Shown one piece after another: positions 25,306 to 39,720 of a DNA stretch of 64,000 nucleotides (the stretch's first letter is position 1; each line of letters begins with the position of its first letter). Source of the DNA: Eledone cirrhosa (lineage: Eukaryota); the NCBI GenBank assembly GCA_964016885.1, contig OZ024762.1:6820001-6884000 (forward strand), in the 5' to 3' direction. The position numbers were made by a program, and so were the translations under genes. The notes under the pieces were generated by a model. It did no database searches and was not told the DNA's origin. It saw only the letters and a list, made by a program, of their open reading frames with translations.

Positions 25306-25316
25306 ATATATATATA

Positions 25317-25399
25317 CAATATATTAATAAATGGAAACTATATTTATAAAACCATATTTATTTCATTATACATATTTCAAGGACACCAAAGCAAATTAT
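25317..25399 (-). mobile_element. Truncated copy of the 7.1-kb hammerhead element (3' half only)
   Basis: Reverse complement of about 7168-7250; lacks CUGAUGA. Confidence 0.8.
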
Positions 25400-25424
25400 T
25401 TATATATATATTTATATATAGTCA

Positions 25425-26155
25425 TCATCATCATTTTATGTCTGTTTTTCTATGCTTACATGGTCTTTTTCAGCACAGTGTCTCTCCTCTCGCTGTGTTC
25501 ATCTTCTCTGTGAGTCTCAGTGATTTTAGATCAGCTCTCACCACTCCGCCCAGATGTCCATTGGTCTTCCTCTACTGCAGTTTCCTTCCACTGGGGTTTC
25601 TTAGCATTTCTTCACCCAGTGATCATCTACACACTTCACATGTCCATATCAGCGCAATCCGCTCTCCTGCACACATCTGATTCCATGGTTTGTCATTTCC
25701 ATACATTAAAATTGCACATCCAACAAAGCAAGCTTGCTTCATACTCTCTTCAGCCTTCACATATTCTCTGCAGTCATTGCCCATGTTTCACTATCATGTA
25801 GCATCACTCTTCAGCCTTCACATGTCACTCTTCGCACACAACCATCATACAGCCAACCTTTCATTTCTAGGGAGAAACCTTTTGTTGTCAATAGGGGTAG
25901 TAGCTCTCTGAACTTCTTCCATCCTGTTCTTATTCTAGCTACTATGCTCCTGAGGCATCCACTTCTGCTGCTAATTTGGTCACAGAGGCTATCAACCACT
26001 TCTATGGACCCTACCTAGAATTGAAAAAGGTGTATATTACTGGCACTCTTACCATCAATTTTCCCTGAACAGCTATTACATACAAAGACTTCCTTTCTTG
26101 TTAGTCTGCCTCCTATCCCACAACACTTCTTGTTTACTCAACATTTGGGTACACA
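25425..26155 (-). mobile_element. Decayed RTE LINE 3' region
   Basis: ARIRTGWKKFRELLPLLTTKGFSL; (CAT)n tail at about 25425. Confidence 0.8.
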
Positions 26156-26954
26156 AATGTATCCATGTATTATTGATGAGTATTCAATACCAAAGTAAAG
26201 TTTAAATAATCATTTATCATAGCTAAGTAACCTTGTTTCTCCGAAGTTGTACCTCTACACCTGTTTGATGATCATGTGAATGCACAGGTAAAACGCCAGA
26301 GTAACAAGACTTACCACACTAAGCTGTCTAACCACTGTTTAATGTTTGCTGTACACTCTGAATTGTGGATTCTTCGTATTTACAACATGCAATTTCTGTA
26401 ATTTCATGGAGTGGGTGGACATGTGATGCACATGGTTGGTGATCACCAGCCATGAGCATCACACGTCCACACGCACACATATATATATAATATATATAAT
26501 CCCAGTGGAGGGCAGAACCAATACAAGGAGGCCAAGGAGGACCTGATCAGAGGTTGTAAGAGTTGATCTCAAATCATTGAATCTCGGTTGGAGTTGCCAA
26601 TGGATGATAACAAGTGGAGTTATCTTGTGCTGGAAGAGACTCATCTGAATGATGCAAGCATAGCAAAAAAAACATAGAAAATCATGATGATGATGATTAT
26701 TATTTTTGTTTGTAACTCTTTAAAATTGACACACACACAAACATACAAACACAATTTCATACTTCAGTCATGTTTACTATAATCAGTAGAGAATTAAGTT
26801 TGGTTGTGACAGGAAGAAAAAAGGAAAAAAAGGGATTCTCGCTTCCGATACAATAATTCATCTTTGATGAATAAAGTATCAAGTTGGTGTGGAAAATTAT
26901 ATATGAATTAAATATAATGTTACTGTTTTGAAGTTCATATAAATATATACACAT

Positions 26955-27425
26955 ACGAAGCTACACCAAGAGGATTGCCTCAATGAAAGAGATGAGCTAC
27001 TGGGAGAGGGGGAAGAAACTGAGGCTTTACTCCCTGGAGCAGAGATGGGAGAGATACGCAGTGATATATGTATGGAAGATCCAGGAAGGGTCCAGACCAA
27101 ACTTTGGCATTGAAGGCAGGACGTCACTGGGTAGTGCCAAAGGTCCCATCCGTCTCATTGAGGATAAGGAGCACATACTGCAATAGCTTTTTAATAAGCT
27201 GCCAAAAGATCTGAGAGATCTACATGGTGGGCATGTAGATGTTGTCAAGAGACATCTCGACATTCTACTAACCAAGATCCCAGATAAACCCACAGCATTG
27301 GGCGAAGCATAAATAAGAGCAGCAGCAAGAAACTCCCTTTTGCACCAATAGCCAACCAAGGAAGGCTGGCTATAGAAAGTGTAGCATCAATGGCGTTGCC
27401 CCGGCATGGCCTCAGCCTCTCAGCT
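26955..27425 (+). mobile_element. CR1/L2-group LINE C-terminal fragment
   Basis: MSYWER.KKLRLYSLEQRWERYAVIYVWKI and FNKLPKDLRDL...KRHLDILLTKIPD motifs. Confidence 0.65.
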
Positions 27426-27752
27426 GGAATACATAATAGAATAATAGAATAAACGCACGCACACAATCACCACTGCCCTCGACATCAACATCTGTTCTTC
27501 CATGCACTGGCATGAGTTGGAGAGGTCATTACAGACCATGTCAGTACCCCAGCAGAGACACAGACCTCTCTGAAGGTCCAGTGGCCTGCATTAGGCTTAC
27601 ATATGTCCCAGCACTTTACAGAGTGTACTGGGTGCATTTTATCTGTGGCACCAACACTGGAGAGGGTGTCATGTCCTTGACACAACTGAAGAAACCTTTC
27701 AAACCTAAATTTGTCAAGTTTACAGTTCCTAACACCAACTACTTTATATACA

Positions 27753-27800
<48 letters not shown>

Positions 27801-27806
27801 CACATG

Positions 27807-28135
27807 TGAAGGTGTGTGGCTTAGTGGTTAGAGTGTTGGATTCACAATCGTGAGGTTATGGGTATGATTCCCAAACTGGATGATACTTTTTGACCTACAG
27901 CAAGACATGTTATTTCACATCACTCCAGTTAACTCAGCTAAAGAAAGGAGTTGTGATGTCACTGGTGCCAAGGTGTATAGGCTTTTGCCTTTCCCTTGGA
28001 CAAGGGTGGCGTGTAGAGGGGAGACTGGTATACATGGATGACTGCTGGTCTTCCACAAGAACACCATGCCTGGGCCTGGGCCTTTGAGGGGAACTTTCAA
28101 GGTACAAATCCCATGGTCATTTGTGACTAAAGGGA
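27807..28135 (+). mobile_element. tRNA-derived SINE (other family)
   Basis: TGGCTTAGTGGTTAGAG A box with a degenerate B box. Confidence 0.55.
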
Positions 28136-29639
28136 GTGGGGGGGTCTAGGGCATTGAAGCCCTTTCTCATGACATAGCTCTCAAAATAACTACATATACT
28201 TCTTTGCCTACTAATTCCAGAGAGAGTCGTTAAGCATACCTTCCAGCAGGTCCTGTCAGAAGCAACCATTACCAATTGATCCAGCTGGATCCCTAAGTGA
28301 GACCAGCCAAGCTAATGGATGTTATCCAACCATCTTGCTTGGGGTCTCCTGTGAGTTGGTTTTACCCGTAAAATCTGTCCAGCGATTCTTTCCTGAAACA
28401 TTCTAACCACATGCCCATAATATCAGACCTGTGATCTCCCAATTCAGAGAAGTAGAGACTCTGCCTGGAACAACTCTCTGATCTCCGAGCTACACTCTAT
28501 CAAGTAACATTACTTCAAAGACTATTCAGAGAAACCCCATTTCAGCCACTTGTTTTCATGGTCATATTCATTTGGTCAACTCTTACCTATAGTCATGAAT
28601 CTTGAGTAATGACCAAAAGACATATGGAAGATATAATTCCACCAAGAACAATATTCAGTTGTGTATATAAAATGAAGTAAAAAAGAAATAAAGAAAGCTC
28701 ATTAAAATTAATAATATTGTTTCCAATTAATTGAAGAAATACCACATGATACTCCAATAGTTTAGTTGGCACTACTAAAATCATTAGAATTCTTAATGAG
28801 TATTGTTACTAAGGCTTCTTAACTCCTTCAAGACCACATTTTAATGAAATACACTATTTTATTTATTTAATTAACGTGTTTGAGGGATTCAATAAAATTC
28901 ATTATATTTTTACTAAGATAGTAACTTAACATATATATATATATTGGTTGGAAGATTTTGCTTTAAAAAGGAACCCTTTGAAATTTGTGGTTTTGTTTTA
29001 TAGTTTTGGCCAGTTTGATATCAAAAGGGTTAACCGTAACCCTTTTATTACCATATTTCTAATGAAAGCTATGCTTTAACCTTTTTCTAACCATATTTCT
29101 AATGAAAGACACAGCCTATGTCTTTAACTCTTTCATCACTATATTTCTATGACCTGAACCATTTCCTTACCATATTTATAATGAAAGACACTGTCTATGT
29201 CCTTGTTTCTACTGGAAGACTGTGTATGTCTTTAACCCTTTCCTTATCATATTTTTAATTAAAGACACTGCCTATGAATCTCAAATAGTTTTTTAAATAA
29301 TCAAGAATTTGGTGAGATTTTATCATATAACTAACTTTTTATTTATTAAGCTGGTCTTTGGAGCATAACTCTCAACAACTTGTAGTGCATGAAACTACAT
29401 TAGCAAGATGTTCATGAAAAGTATAAAGCTGCAATATGACTTCATCACATTAAAAGTCGAAGTCTTTTACTTTATTTTACAGCAAATATCCACTATGACC
29501 TTTCTTTTTTCTTCTTTGCTCTTGCTTAATGGGATTGAAGTGATCCTAGCTCAGTGACCCCAAAGACATCATTGGTCCTTTGCTGGCAGTTCCATGCCAG
29601 CCTCTCTGCACCCTCCAAGGTGATGTTAATTTTCCTTAA

Positions 29640-29857
29640 CCCTTTAACATTCACATTACTCTATATATACTATTATATTTTCATGGTAAAGGCTTTACCT
29701 CACATAATTATCTCACATAATATCGAATCTATGAGATTTTGAAAGTATTTATTTTGAGAACAATACTTTAACATCAGTTTGAGTGGCTAGTTACAGCCAG
29801 TTTCAACAGAGAGGGAAAGAATTCTGGCCAGTTTTGGCCGGTTTGAACACTATAGAG
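29640..29857 (+). mobile_element. TTAA-flanked MITE copy
   Basis: Near-identical to 63108-63327; TTAA on both sides. Confidence 0.75.
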
Positions 29858-29869
29858 TTAATCACATCC

Positions 29870-30110
29870 AGCGATATGATGCAGGGCTTCTTCCAGCCTG
29901 CAGCTGCTGCATCAAATGAAAGTTTGGCCCTGGTAGGATGCTCTGCTGGGAGACAGAGGACATGTCCACACCAGGACATGCAGCAGACTGTGAGCTGAGG
30001 CAAGTGCGCACACAGCTCTTTGCTTGAAATGTGGTTGTACCATCTGACGTTCTTGATGGTCCTCAGGGCTCTGCTATCAAAGGTGTCGATCTTCTTTGCC
30101 AGGATCTTTA
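29870..30110 (-). mobile_element. Divergent RTE-clade LINE fragment
   Basis: KIDTFDSRALRTIKNVRWYNHISSKEL...WCGHVL. Confidence 0.6.
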
Positions 30111-31139
30111 GTAAAGATACTATAAACATTTGAATTTACAAACGTATATTTCAACATTTTCTATTCAGTCACTGTTCGGTACTAAGAATTAACAAAGGAT
30201 TTTGCTTAAAATTTGCCAGAGAGTTCTTAAACCCAAAATATGCAGCTATGTATTGTAGAACGAGGAAGAACTTCAGGCAGTTTCATATCAAAACAGCTGA
30301 ACAATATACCATAATATCTCATCATACCAATTCAAAATTTACTAGAATTTCCATAACTGTACAATTTCATGAAGGAAACCACTTCCATCCCTATACCATT
30401 CACATACATTATTATAGTCATTGACAGCAGGAAAAGCAGATGTTAAATAAAGATGATGATGATGATGATGATGACATCTTGGTGATATCACTACAAGCTT
30501 TCATAGAGACACTTAATACGAAATATGTTCTTTGGAGAGATTGCTACAAGATAACTATAACCTTCACACTCACTGCATGTGATCATAACATTTGATTCAT
30601 TCATAAATTTAATTATCAAATTGCCTGCTAATCTCAATTAGATACCTGATATGAGATTAGGGAATATTTTAACAGATTTTGGTTGTTTTTTATTTTCTTA
30701 ATTTTTCTTATTTAAAAAAAATTCTTTATTATTTGATAAATCAAAAGTTAAAACAAGGGAGGACGTATCTTTTATCAGAGATCTCACATGCAAGGAACAG
30801 AAGGAAAGAAGAAAATGAAAAAAAAAACAAGCAAAAATAAATTTTTTAAAATTTAATTTTGAAAAACAAAAAAAAAATTTTTATTTCAATATCTTTTTTT
30901 AAATTAAAAATTAAATAAAAAAAAAGAAAAGATAAAAGTATGTTAATTGCAAAAATCTCTGAAAACATGCGCAAGACATAAAGATCTTGTGTGACATTTT
31001 GAAAGAGGTTTTACAGAACATAAAGATAAAAATAAAGGGCTGCCAGTTGGCAGAAAAGGGTAAAGTACACCATTAAATCGGCCTCATTCTCCTCCACTTC
31101 GAAAATCTGACCTTTTCTTTAGTCAAATTCAACTGTATT

Positions 31140-31149
31140 TATATACTAT

Positions 31150-31184
<35 letters not shown>

Positions 31185-31673
31185 ATTTCAGCTGTATATA
31201 CAAACACTATCAGGTGTATATACTCTATACACACATCTCACTCTCTCTCTCTCTGTATATATACACATACATACATATCTATATATATATATATATATAC
31301 ATACATACATATCTCTATATATATATACACATACATACATATCTCTATATATATATACACATACATACATATCTCTCCATATATATACACATACATACAT
31401 ACATATATCTATATATATATATATAGATACATATATATATACATATATATGTATATATATATGTATCCATATATATATACATATATATATATACATATAT
31501 ATATGTATATATATATATATATATATATGGCAAGTAAGTATGTTTTGAAACAGTGAGCGAGTTTGAAATTAGAAAATATATAGCTTTCACCGTATTTTTA
31601 ACTAAAGGAATTTTAGCTTGATAACGGGGTTTAGAACCCTCAGATAAATGGAAAAAGATGAGTATTGACGTAC

Positions 31674-31720
<47 letters not shown>

Positions 31721-31738
31721 AATACATATATATATATA

Positions 31739-31780
<42 letters not shown>

Positions 31781-31826
31781 AATACATATATATATATATA
31801 TAAAAAATACATATATATATATACAA

Positions 31827-31863
<37 letters not shown>

Positions 31864-31945
31864 AATACATATATATATACACAAATACATTATATATATA
31901 TATATATATATATATACACAAATACATATATATATATACAAATAC
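31140..31945. repeat. (TA)n-rich compound microsatellites
   Basis: Direct inspection. Confidence 0.9.
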
Positions 31946-32179
31946 ATCATCATTCATCATTTCATTTTATGTCCACTTTTTCCCTGCTTGCAAGGGTGGG
32001 ACAGGAACTGATTCTGGCTTGATTTCTACAGCTGGATGCCCTTCCTAACACCAACCTTATTTACAGTGAGTGCTGGGTGCTTTTTTGCCGTGGCACCTCC
32101 ACGACCACTTTGCTAAAGGGTTAAAAACACATTTTCAGATAAGAAATATTGCAAAACAAATTCAAGATCGAAGTATATA

Positions 32180-32730
32180 TATCATCATCATCATCATCAT
32201 TTAACGTCCGCTTTTCCCTGCTTGCAAGGGTGGGACGGGTCTTATTCAGCACAGCATCTCTCCACTCGTCACGGTCCTTCGTCATCTCCACCGTGAACTT
32301 CAATGATCTGAGGTCTGTTCTCACCTCCTCCGCCCATGTTTTTCGTGGTCTACCTCTACCACGTCTTCCTTCAACTGGCATTTCCTGACACTTCTTCACC
32401 CATCGGTCATCCTCCATGCACATCACATGTCCATACCACCTCAGTCTCCTCTCCCGTACACTACATTCTATCCCTCTCAGACACAGTTTCTCTCTCAACA
32501 CATTTATGCTGGGTCGTTCACACACATTTACACTGCACATCCAACGGAGCATGCTTGCCTCATTTCTCTCCAGCCGTCGCATATCCTCTGCAGTTGCTGC
32601 CCATGTCTCACTACCATGCAGCATCGCGCTCCTCACACAGACATCATACAACCGGCCTTTCGTACGCAGCGAGAAACCCTTCTTCGTCAACAGAGGAAGC
32701 AGCTCCCTAAACTTCTTCCAACCCGTCCTT

Positions 32731-32733
<3 letters not shown>
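32180..32733 (-). mobile_element. Young RTE LINE 3' end, uninterrupted 189-aa frame, (GAT)n tail
   Basis: LYDVCVRSAMLHGSETW...RRLRWYGHVMCM...RGRGRPRKTW. Confidence 0.9.
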
Positions 32734-32769
<36 letters not shown>

Positions 32770-32887
32770 TATATGTGAATTGATACTCACAAGGGAACGG
32801 ATGAAGAACCCAAGAGCACACACTTCGTCCGTTCCCATGTCAATTCAATTTGGATTGCCTCGGAAACATAACCTTATTATGTAACAA

Positions 32888-32961
32888 GCTGTCTGACGAT
32901 GTCGCGACACTGGCGCACGGAACAGTGTGGCCACTGTCGCCATTGAAATATATATCACAGC
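32888..32961 (+). ncRNA. Type I hammerhead ribozyme motif (GC-rich stem II variant)
   Basis: Stem I GCTGT/ACAGC; CTGACGA (32893-32899); stem II GCGACA.TGGC.GCAC/GTGT.GCCA.TGTCGC; GAAA (32945-32948); stem III TATATA; AUC site. The base of stem II is imperfect. Confidence 0.7.
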
Positions 32962-32980
32962 ATTATTATTAAAAGACTTA

Positions 32981-33172
32981 AGGGTGATGGATTGGCAGTA
33001 TCAGTAGAGGGTCGGACGCCATGCTTTCCAGCATAGTTACGTCCCTTTACGATCCGAGTTCAAATCCCGCCGAGGTTGACTTTGCCTTTCATCCTTACGA
33101 GGTCGATAAAATAAAGTACCAGTAATGCACTGGGTAATTGCTGGCCTTGTGCCAAAAGTAGAAACAATTATT
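32981..33172 (+). mobile_element. SINE family A
   Basis: Matches the core; a partial inverted copy lies at 33370-33490. Confidence 0.85.
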
Positions 33173-33218
33173 ATTAAAAGACTTGAACATCTGAAACTAC
33201 TTCGCTTTTCCTTATTCG

Positions 33219-33256
<38 letters not shown>

Positions 33257-33542
33257 ACACACACACACACACACTTGCACTTGAATATGTTAATTATGGT
33301 ACTAAATCCTTCGAAATTCATATTTTCAAAATGATTTGAAAATCATGGGTAGTATCATTGGAAATATGATAATTGTTTCTACTTTAGGCACAAGGCCAGC
33401 AATTACCCCAGTGCATTACTGGTACTTTATTTTATCGACCCCGTAAGGATGAATGGCAAAGTCAACCTCGGCGGGATTTGAACTCAGAATTTGAAATATG
33501 ATAATGAAAGGACTAATGGGAATGACAAGATTAGCTGTAAAA

Positions 33543-33874
33543 TATGTAGTTTTTTTGCCCCCAGCCCCCAAAAGGTGGGCTGGGTGTCTTATGTATTTTG
33601 CTCTAAACAACATTCTCATTCCCACTATGTAGTTTTTTTGCCCCCAGCCCCCAAAAGGTGGGCTGGGTGTCTTATGTATTTTGCTCTAGACAACATTCTC
33701 ATTCCCACTATGTAGTTTTTTTGCCCCCAGCTCCCAAAAGGTGGGCTGGGTGTCTTATGTATTTTGCTCTAAACAACATTCTCATTCCCACTATGTAGTT
33801 TTTTTGCCCCCAGCCCCCAAAAGGTGGGCTGGGTGTCTTATGTATTTTGCTCTAAACAACATTCTCATTCCCAC
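33543..33874 (+). repeat. 83-bp tandem repeat, 4 copies
   Basis: TATGTAG at 33543, 33626, 33709, 33792. Confidence 0.95.
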
Positions 33875-33977
33875 ATTTATAATAATAGAAAAGATTGTTG
33901 CCATGCAAAAGCCATCTATCAACTTGTCTGTAACCTATTCAGTCAATATGATTGACATTTTGTAGAAATGATGGATG

Positions 33978-34386
33978 GGTGAGTGTGAGAGAGTGAGTGT
34001 GAATGTGTGAGAGAGAATGTGTGAGGGAGTGAGTGTGTGTGTGTGAAAAAGAGTGTGAGTGTGTGTGTGCGAGAGTGTGAGTGTGTGTGTGAGAGTGTGA
34101 GTGTGTGTGTGTGCGAGTGTTTGTGTGTGTGCGAGAGTGTGAGTGTGTCTGTGTGCGAGTGTGTGTGTGTGTGTGAGAGTGTGAGTGTGAGCATGTGTGC
34201 GAGAGTGTGAGTGTGTGTGTGCGAGAGTGTGAGTGTGTGTGTGCGAGAGTGTGAGTGTGTGTGAAAAAGAGTGAGAGAGAAAGCGTGTGTGTGTGTGTGT
34301 AAGAGAGAAAGAGAGTTACAAAAAAAAGGGACAGACAGACAGAAACAGAAAAACAGAGAGAGACAGACACACAAACAGAAAGAGAT

Positions 34387-34420
<34 letters not shown>

Positions 34421-34500
34421 AGAGAGAGAGAGAGAGGCAGAGAGAGGCAGAGAGAGAGAGAGAGAGGCAGAGAGAGAGGGGCAGAGAGAGAGAGAGATGA
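33978..34500. repeat. (GT/GA)n compound microsatellite
   Basis: Direct inspection. Confidence 0.9.
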
Positions 34501-35483
34501 AGGTTGTTGATTGTGGTGGAATGGCTGAGTGGAGAGAGAACTATACAAGAGATAATGAGCCATATTATGTTTCAGGGTCCAGTAGTGATGACAAAGATTG
34601 GTTGGTGGAGCGTAGAAAGCCATTTGGAAGTGAAGATCATATGATGATGAGGATAACGGTGTAAGGGTTAGGGACCCATCTGCTAATGTCATCAGCAATC
34701 TTATGATCCCTCATTTCTATGAGAGAAAGATGTCACCCACCTAGCTGTTATACCACCTCACACTTCTCATAATAAGATCTTTTAGCTCCAATATCCAATC
34801 ATGGGCCCCTTTAAATCCCGATGTAGTTTTATTGGCACCTTTCTGACATATAGTGTGTCCTGAGTATTGAAACCTAGCAGAGTTAATTTGCAAAGTGTGT
34901 GGCCTAGTGGTAATAGTGTTGGACTTACAATCATGGTGTTGTGAGTTTGATTCCTGTTGTGTTCTTGAGCAAAACATTTTATTTCATGTTGCTTCAGCTG
35001 AAAATAAGTACCAGCAGTTAACCTCAAGATGGACTGGCATCCTATCCAGGGAGGGGAGGGGAGGGGAGCCGTGTACTCTCAGTCGCTTAACGCAATGGAA
35101 ACCAAGATAAGCACTGTCCTAATGAGCTCCTGGGCTTAGACAGACCTTTTAGAGGTCATCTCTCTCAATCTATCCATCCATGGGTCCTTTAAGATAGAGA
35201 CGTAGGAGCACCTTTGTGACATAGTGTGTCTGGGGTAGTTAAACCTGGCAAAACTCAGGGTCCTTTGTGACATAGTGTGTCTGGGGTAGTTAAACCTGGC
35301 AAAACTCATCGCTCATACCAGGTCTGACTTCTTTCAACAACAAGAGAGGGGGAGAAGGAGTGAGAGAGAGGAGGAGGAGGAAGAGAGGAAAAGAGTGAGT
35401 AGAAAGAGAAAGAGAGAAAGCAGAAGAGAGAGGGGGAGAGAGAAGAGAGAAGAGGAGAGAGAGGAGAGAAGAGGAGAGAAGAG

Positions 35484-35527
<44 letters not shown>

Positions 35528-36019
35528 GTAGAGAGGTAGGAGGAAAATCAACATCAGTATTGAACTGTTTCTTTGTTTATTGACCTCAAAATGATAAGGT
35601 GGTGGCAAGACGGGGGGGAGGGGAGATCTAATGATGTCCAGTATCAGAGAATGTGAAAAAAACACACACACAATCATAACACAAATGTTGGAGTGAAGGA
35701 GGGGGGGTATTACATTTAACAGGAATTTTTCATAATCTGTTTCATCATCATCATCATCATTATTATTATTATTATTAAAGAAATCATCATTTTAAAACAA
35801 CTGAAATAAAGAAATCATTACTATCATCATTATCACCATCAATATTGTAGTTATTGTTAATATTTTTAATATCTTTGGTGATAAAATAACGATTTTATTT
35901 TGGAAATATTTTTTCTTTGAAAATTATATTTCAAACAAAGAATTTTAAAGTCAAATAAAGATTGTTTGAAATAAAGTTCTGAGTTCAGAAGATATGAACT
36001 GCTCCTCATGTGTGTAATA

Positions 36020-36645
36020 ATTATTTCTACTTTTGGCACAAGGCCAATTATCCCAGCAATTATCCCAGTGTATTACTGGTACTTTATTTTATCAACCCCA
36101 TAAGGATGAAAGGCAAAGTTAACCTCAGCGGGATTTGAACTCAGAATGGTAAGGGCCATGACTCTATGCGTCAAAGCATGGCGTCCGACCCTCTACCGAT
36201 ACTGCCAATCCACCGCCCTCTTGTGTATAATAATTGTTTCTACTTTTGGCACAAGGCCACAAATTATCCCAGTGTATTACTGGTACTTTATTTTATCGAC
36301 CCCGTAAGGATGAAAGGCAAAGTTAACCTTGGCTGGATTTGAACTCAGACCATAAAGGACCGTAACTCTTTGCTGCAAAGCATGACGTCCGACCTTCTAC
36401 CGATACTGCCAGTCCTCCTGTGTAATAATGGTTTCTGATTTACACACAAGGTCAACAATCTTGAGGTACTGGAAAGTCGATTAAATTGATATCAGTGTCT
36501 TACTAGTGCTTTATTTTATCGACCCCATAAGGATGAATATCAAAGCTAACCTCAGTGGGATTTGAACTCAGAACATAAAGAGATGTAACAATAAGCCCCC
36601 AAGCATGTTGTCTGATGCTTTACCAATACAACCAATCCACTGCCC
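36020..36645 (-). mobile_element. Three tandem SINE A copies
   Basis: The reverse-complement core occurs three times. Confidence 0.85.
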
Positions 36646-37783
36646 TTACTGATGTATGTAATAATGAAAAAATTAGTTATATTTCTAAATCCCTCAAAAA
36701 TCTTGATTATTTTTCAAAATAATTTAAAAATCATTGTCTTTCATTAGAAATATGGTAACGAAATGGTGGAAGTATTTATATCCATATAAAAATTATAATT
36801 TTAAGTAAGAGCCTTTGTAAATGTATACTCCAAACACCAGCATAATAATGAGAAAGTTAAAATATTTCATTCCTCTAAATTTCAGATTATTTTCAAAATT
36901 ATTTGAAAACTATAAAGCAATGAATGTATGAATTATATCTTTATCTTGAAATAATTAATAATTTTAGTAAGTCCCTCAAAATTCTTCATTACTTAATGGA
37001 AATATAGTTAGAAAAGGAATAGAGGATTCCAACATAATTTTATATAAGAACTATTAAGTTACAATTTTAGTAAGGAAATAGCTAACAACTTTAGTAAATC
37101 ATTCAATACTCGTCACAAATTAATTGAAACAGAGTCTATTTCATTCATAAAAGAGTTAAAATCTGCCTACATAAATTTATATAAGAACCATATGCAAAGT
37201 TACTATTTTAATAAATCATTCAATTCTCTTCACAAATTAATTATAATAAATATATTTTGAATGAAATACACTCTATGAAGGAGTTAAAGGATTCTTATTT
37301 AAATTAAAATCATCCATTACACAAGAACCATATGCTAAGTTACTACCTTAGTAAGGAAATAATTTTAGTAAATCATTCAACACACTTCACAAATTAATTG
37401 AAATAGAGAGTATTTCATTAGAAATAGATTCATGAAAGAGTAATAGACTATAAAAGTGGAAGTAGAATGCCACCATTTAATGCAGAGATAGAATGAACTT
37501 TAAGAATTGCTGTGGTCACTAATGTTCTAAAAATAAAAGATGGCTTAGAGAGGTTCTTAAATTTATAGATTCTCAGCTATTAGTGGCAACTCACTAATAA
37601 TATATGACAAGTGAATGGAAAGATTACTACAAGTGGAGACTAAATGAAGGATGAGCACTGAAATTCAGTATTGGCATTATCGGTGTTGGTGCTGGCTAGT
37701 GAGAGACCATCTGACAAAGTGATTGAAAGCTGATGAAAGTCTGTTAAGAGAAGATGTTAATGTCTGGTATGTATGTCTTCACT

Positions 37784-37828
<45 letters not shown>

Positions 37829-37870
37829 AATTACGAGTAGTTAAGAGAGGGTTCCTTCATAATTGCTTTA

Positions 37871-37926
37871 TAGTATGATATATATTTCTGTTACATGGTT
37901 ATGCATGTGACTTCATCAGATGCTCA
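37871..37926 (-). ncRNA. Degenerate type I hammerhead motif
   Basis: Minus strand GAGCAT-CTGATGA-AGTCACATG-cataac-CATGTAACA-GAAA-TATATA-TC-ATACTA; mismatches in stems I and II. Confidence 0.6.
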
Positions 37927-38119
37927 TACAATGATAGGTGTAGTTATGTAATCATGGAGATATGTCGCTGGCCATGTATTGCCACCCAGTGGTCATGCCA
38001 GCAGACATATTTTGATAAACTACTGACGTGAAGTGCTTTTGGATTGTTCGCAGCGTCTGATCCTCACACATTTACAGAGTAAAACACCAAGATAAGCACC
38101 TTATCTTCTGCAACTATAC

Positions 38120-38662
<543 letters not shown>

Positions 38663-38947
38663 ATTTTGTATTTGCATTCATTCTACAAATTACGAAGGGA
38701 GCAAGCTGGTTTTTAACGTATTCCGCTTATAATGTCCGTATAAATTCATCAATTTTTCTTTGCCGCCACATCTAGCCGTACTTATCTATCTCACATTTTC
38801 TCTCCCCACAGCCACACACCACCATAGACTTATTGACCAATCAAACCACAACATACTATCATCCATCACCCACGGCAACAAAATGCTACTGCTAGTTATC
38901 TTTCTCAACCATTCTCCTCTCGAGAAATCTCTGTCTATTGTTGTCTA

Positions 38948-39592
38948 TGGATGAGCTGAAGATGATGGAACAACTTGGAATGAATCTGAACCCGCATGTT
39001 TCCAGGCAACCATCGGAATCTGTAACTCAGATACAGAAAACATACGCTCCCCACCCCCTACTCTGCAAAAACCCACCCTCCCCTATTGACGTCAAACTCC
39101 CAAACTCCCAGAATTCCGAATAGGCACCATCAATGTGAGCACAATGAGAAGAAGAACGGAAGAAATTATAGAGATGTTGGAGCAAAAGGAAATTGATGCA
39201 TGTTGTGTACAAGAGACTAGATGGAGAGGAGAGTCTGCTAGGCTCCTTGTTGGTAAAAAAAAACAGTGCTACAAATTTTTCTGGGTGGGAAATGACAACA
39301 GGTTGGGTGGTGTAGGTATACTATTAGCTGACAAATGGGAAGATAAGGTAATCTAGGTGAACAGGGTAAACGCGAGAATCATTAAACTCAGACTAGTCCT
39401 AAATAAAACAATAGCTACAATTATATCCGCTTACGTACCCCCATCTGGGTTACCAGATGAACTTAAGAATAGGTTTTATGAGTCCCTAATGCACACTACT
39501 ACTCTAACAAATGACAATGACTTCCTAATCGTTGCAGGGACTTTAACGGACTCGTTGGAAAACATAGTGATGGCTTCTATAGATTCCATGGA
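38948..39592 (+). mobile_element. RTE LINE 5' part, AP-endonuclease domain (disrupted)
   Basis: RIGTINVSTM...DACCVQETRW...GVGILL...RIIKLRL...IISAYVP...IVAG. Confidence 0.85.
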
Positions 39593-39720
39593 GACTACAT
39601 ACATATGTATATATACACATACGCACACACACATACATATATATATATATACGCACAATACACATACATACATGCATACATAAACAATATTACACATACA
39701 TACACACAAACATATATATA

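Noticed and set aside
26168-26210. TTGATGA-GTAT/ATAC-CAAA hammerhead-like string
   Set aside because: Both core boxes are mutated and the stems are weak; it cannot be distinguished from chance.
37655-37772. IGIIGVGAG Rossmann-like peptide and a GTATGT donor
   Set aside because: An immediate stop codon follows, and no sustained open frame reaches the donor.
38705-38760. TTGATGA...GGAATACGTT on the minus strand
   Set aside because: The core is too degenerate to call.
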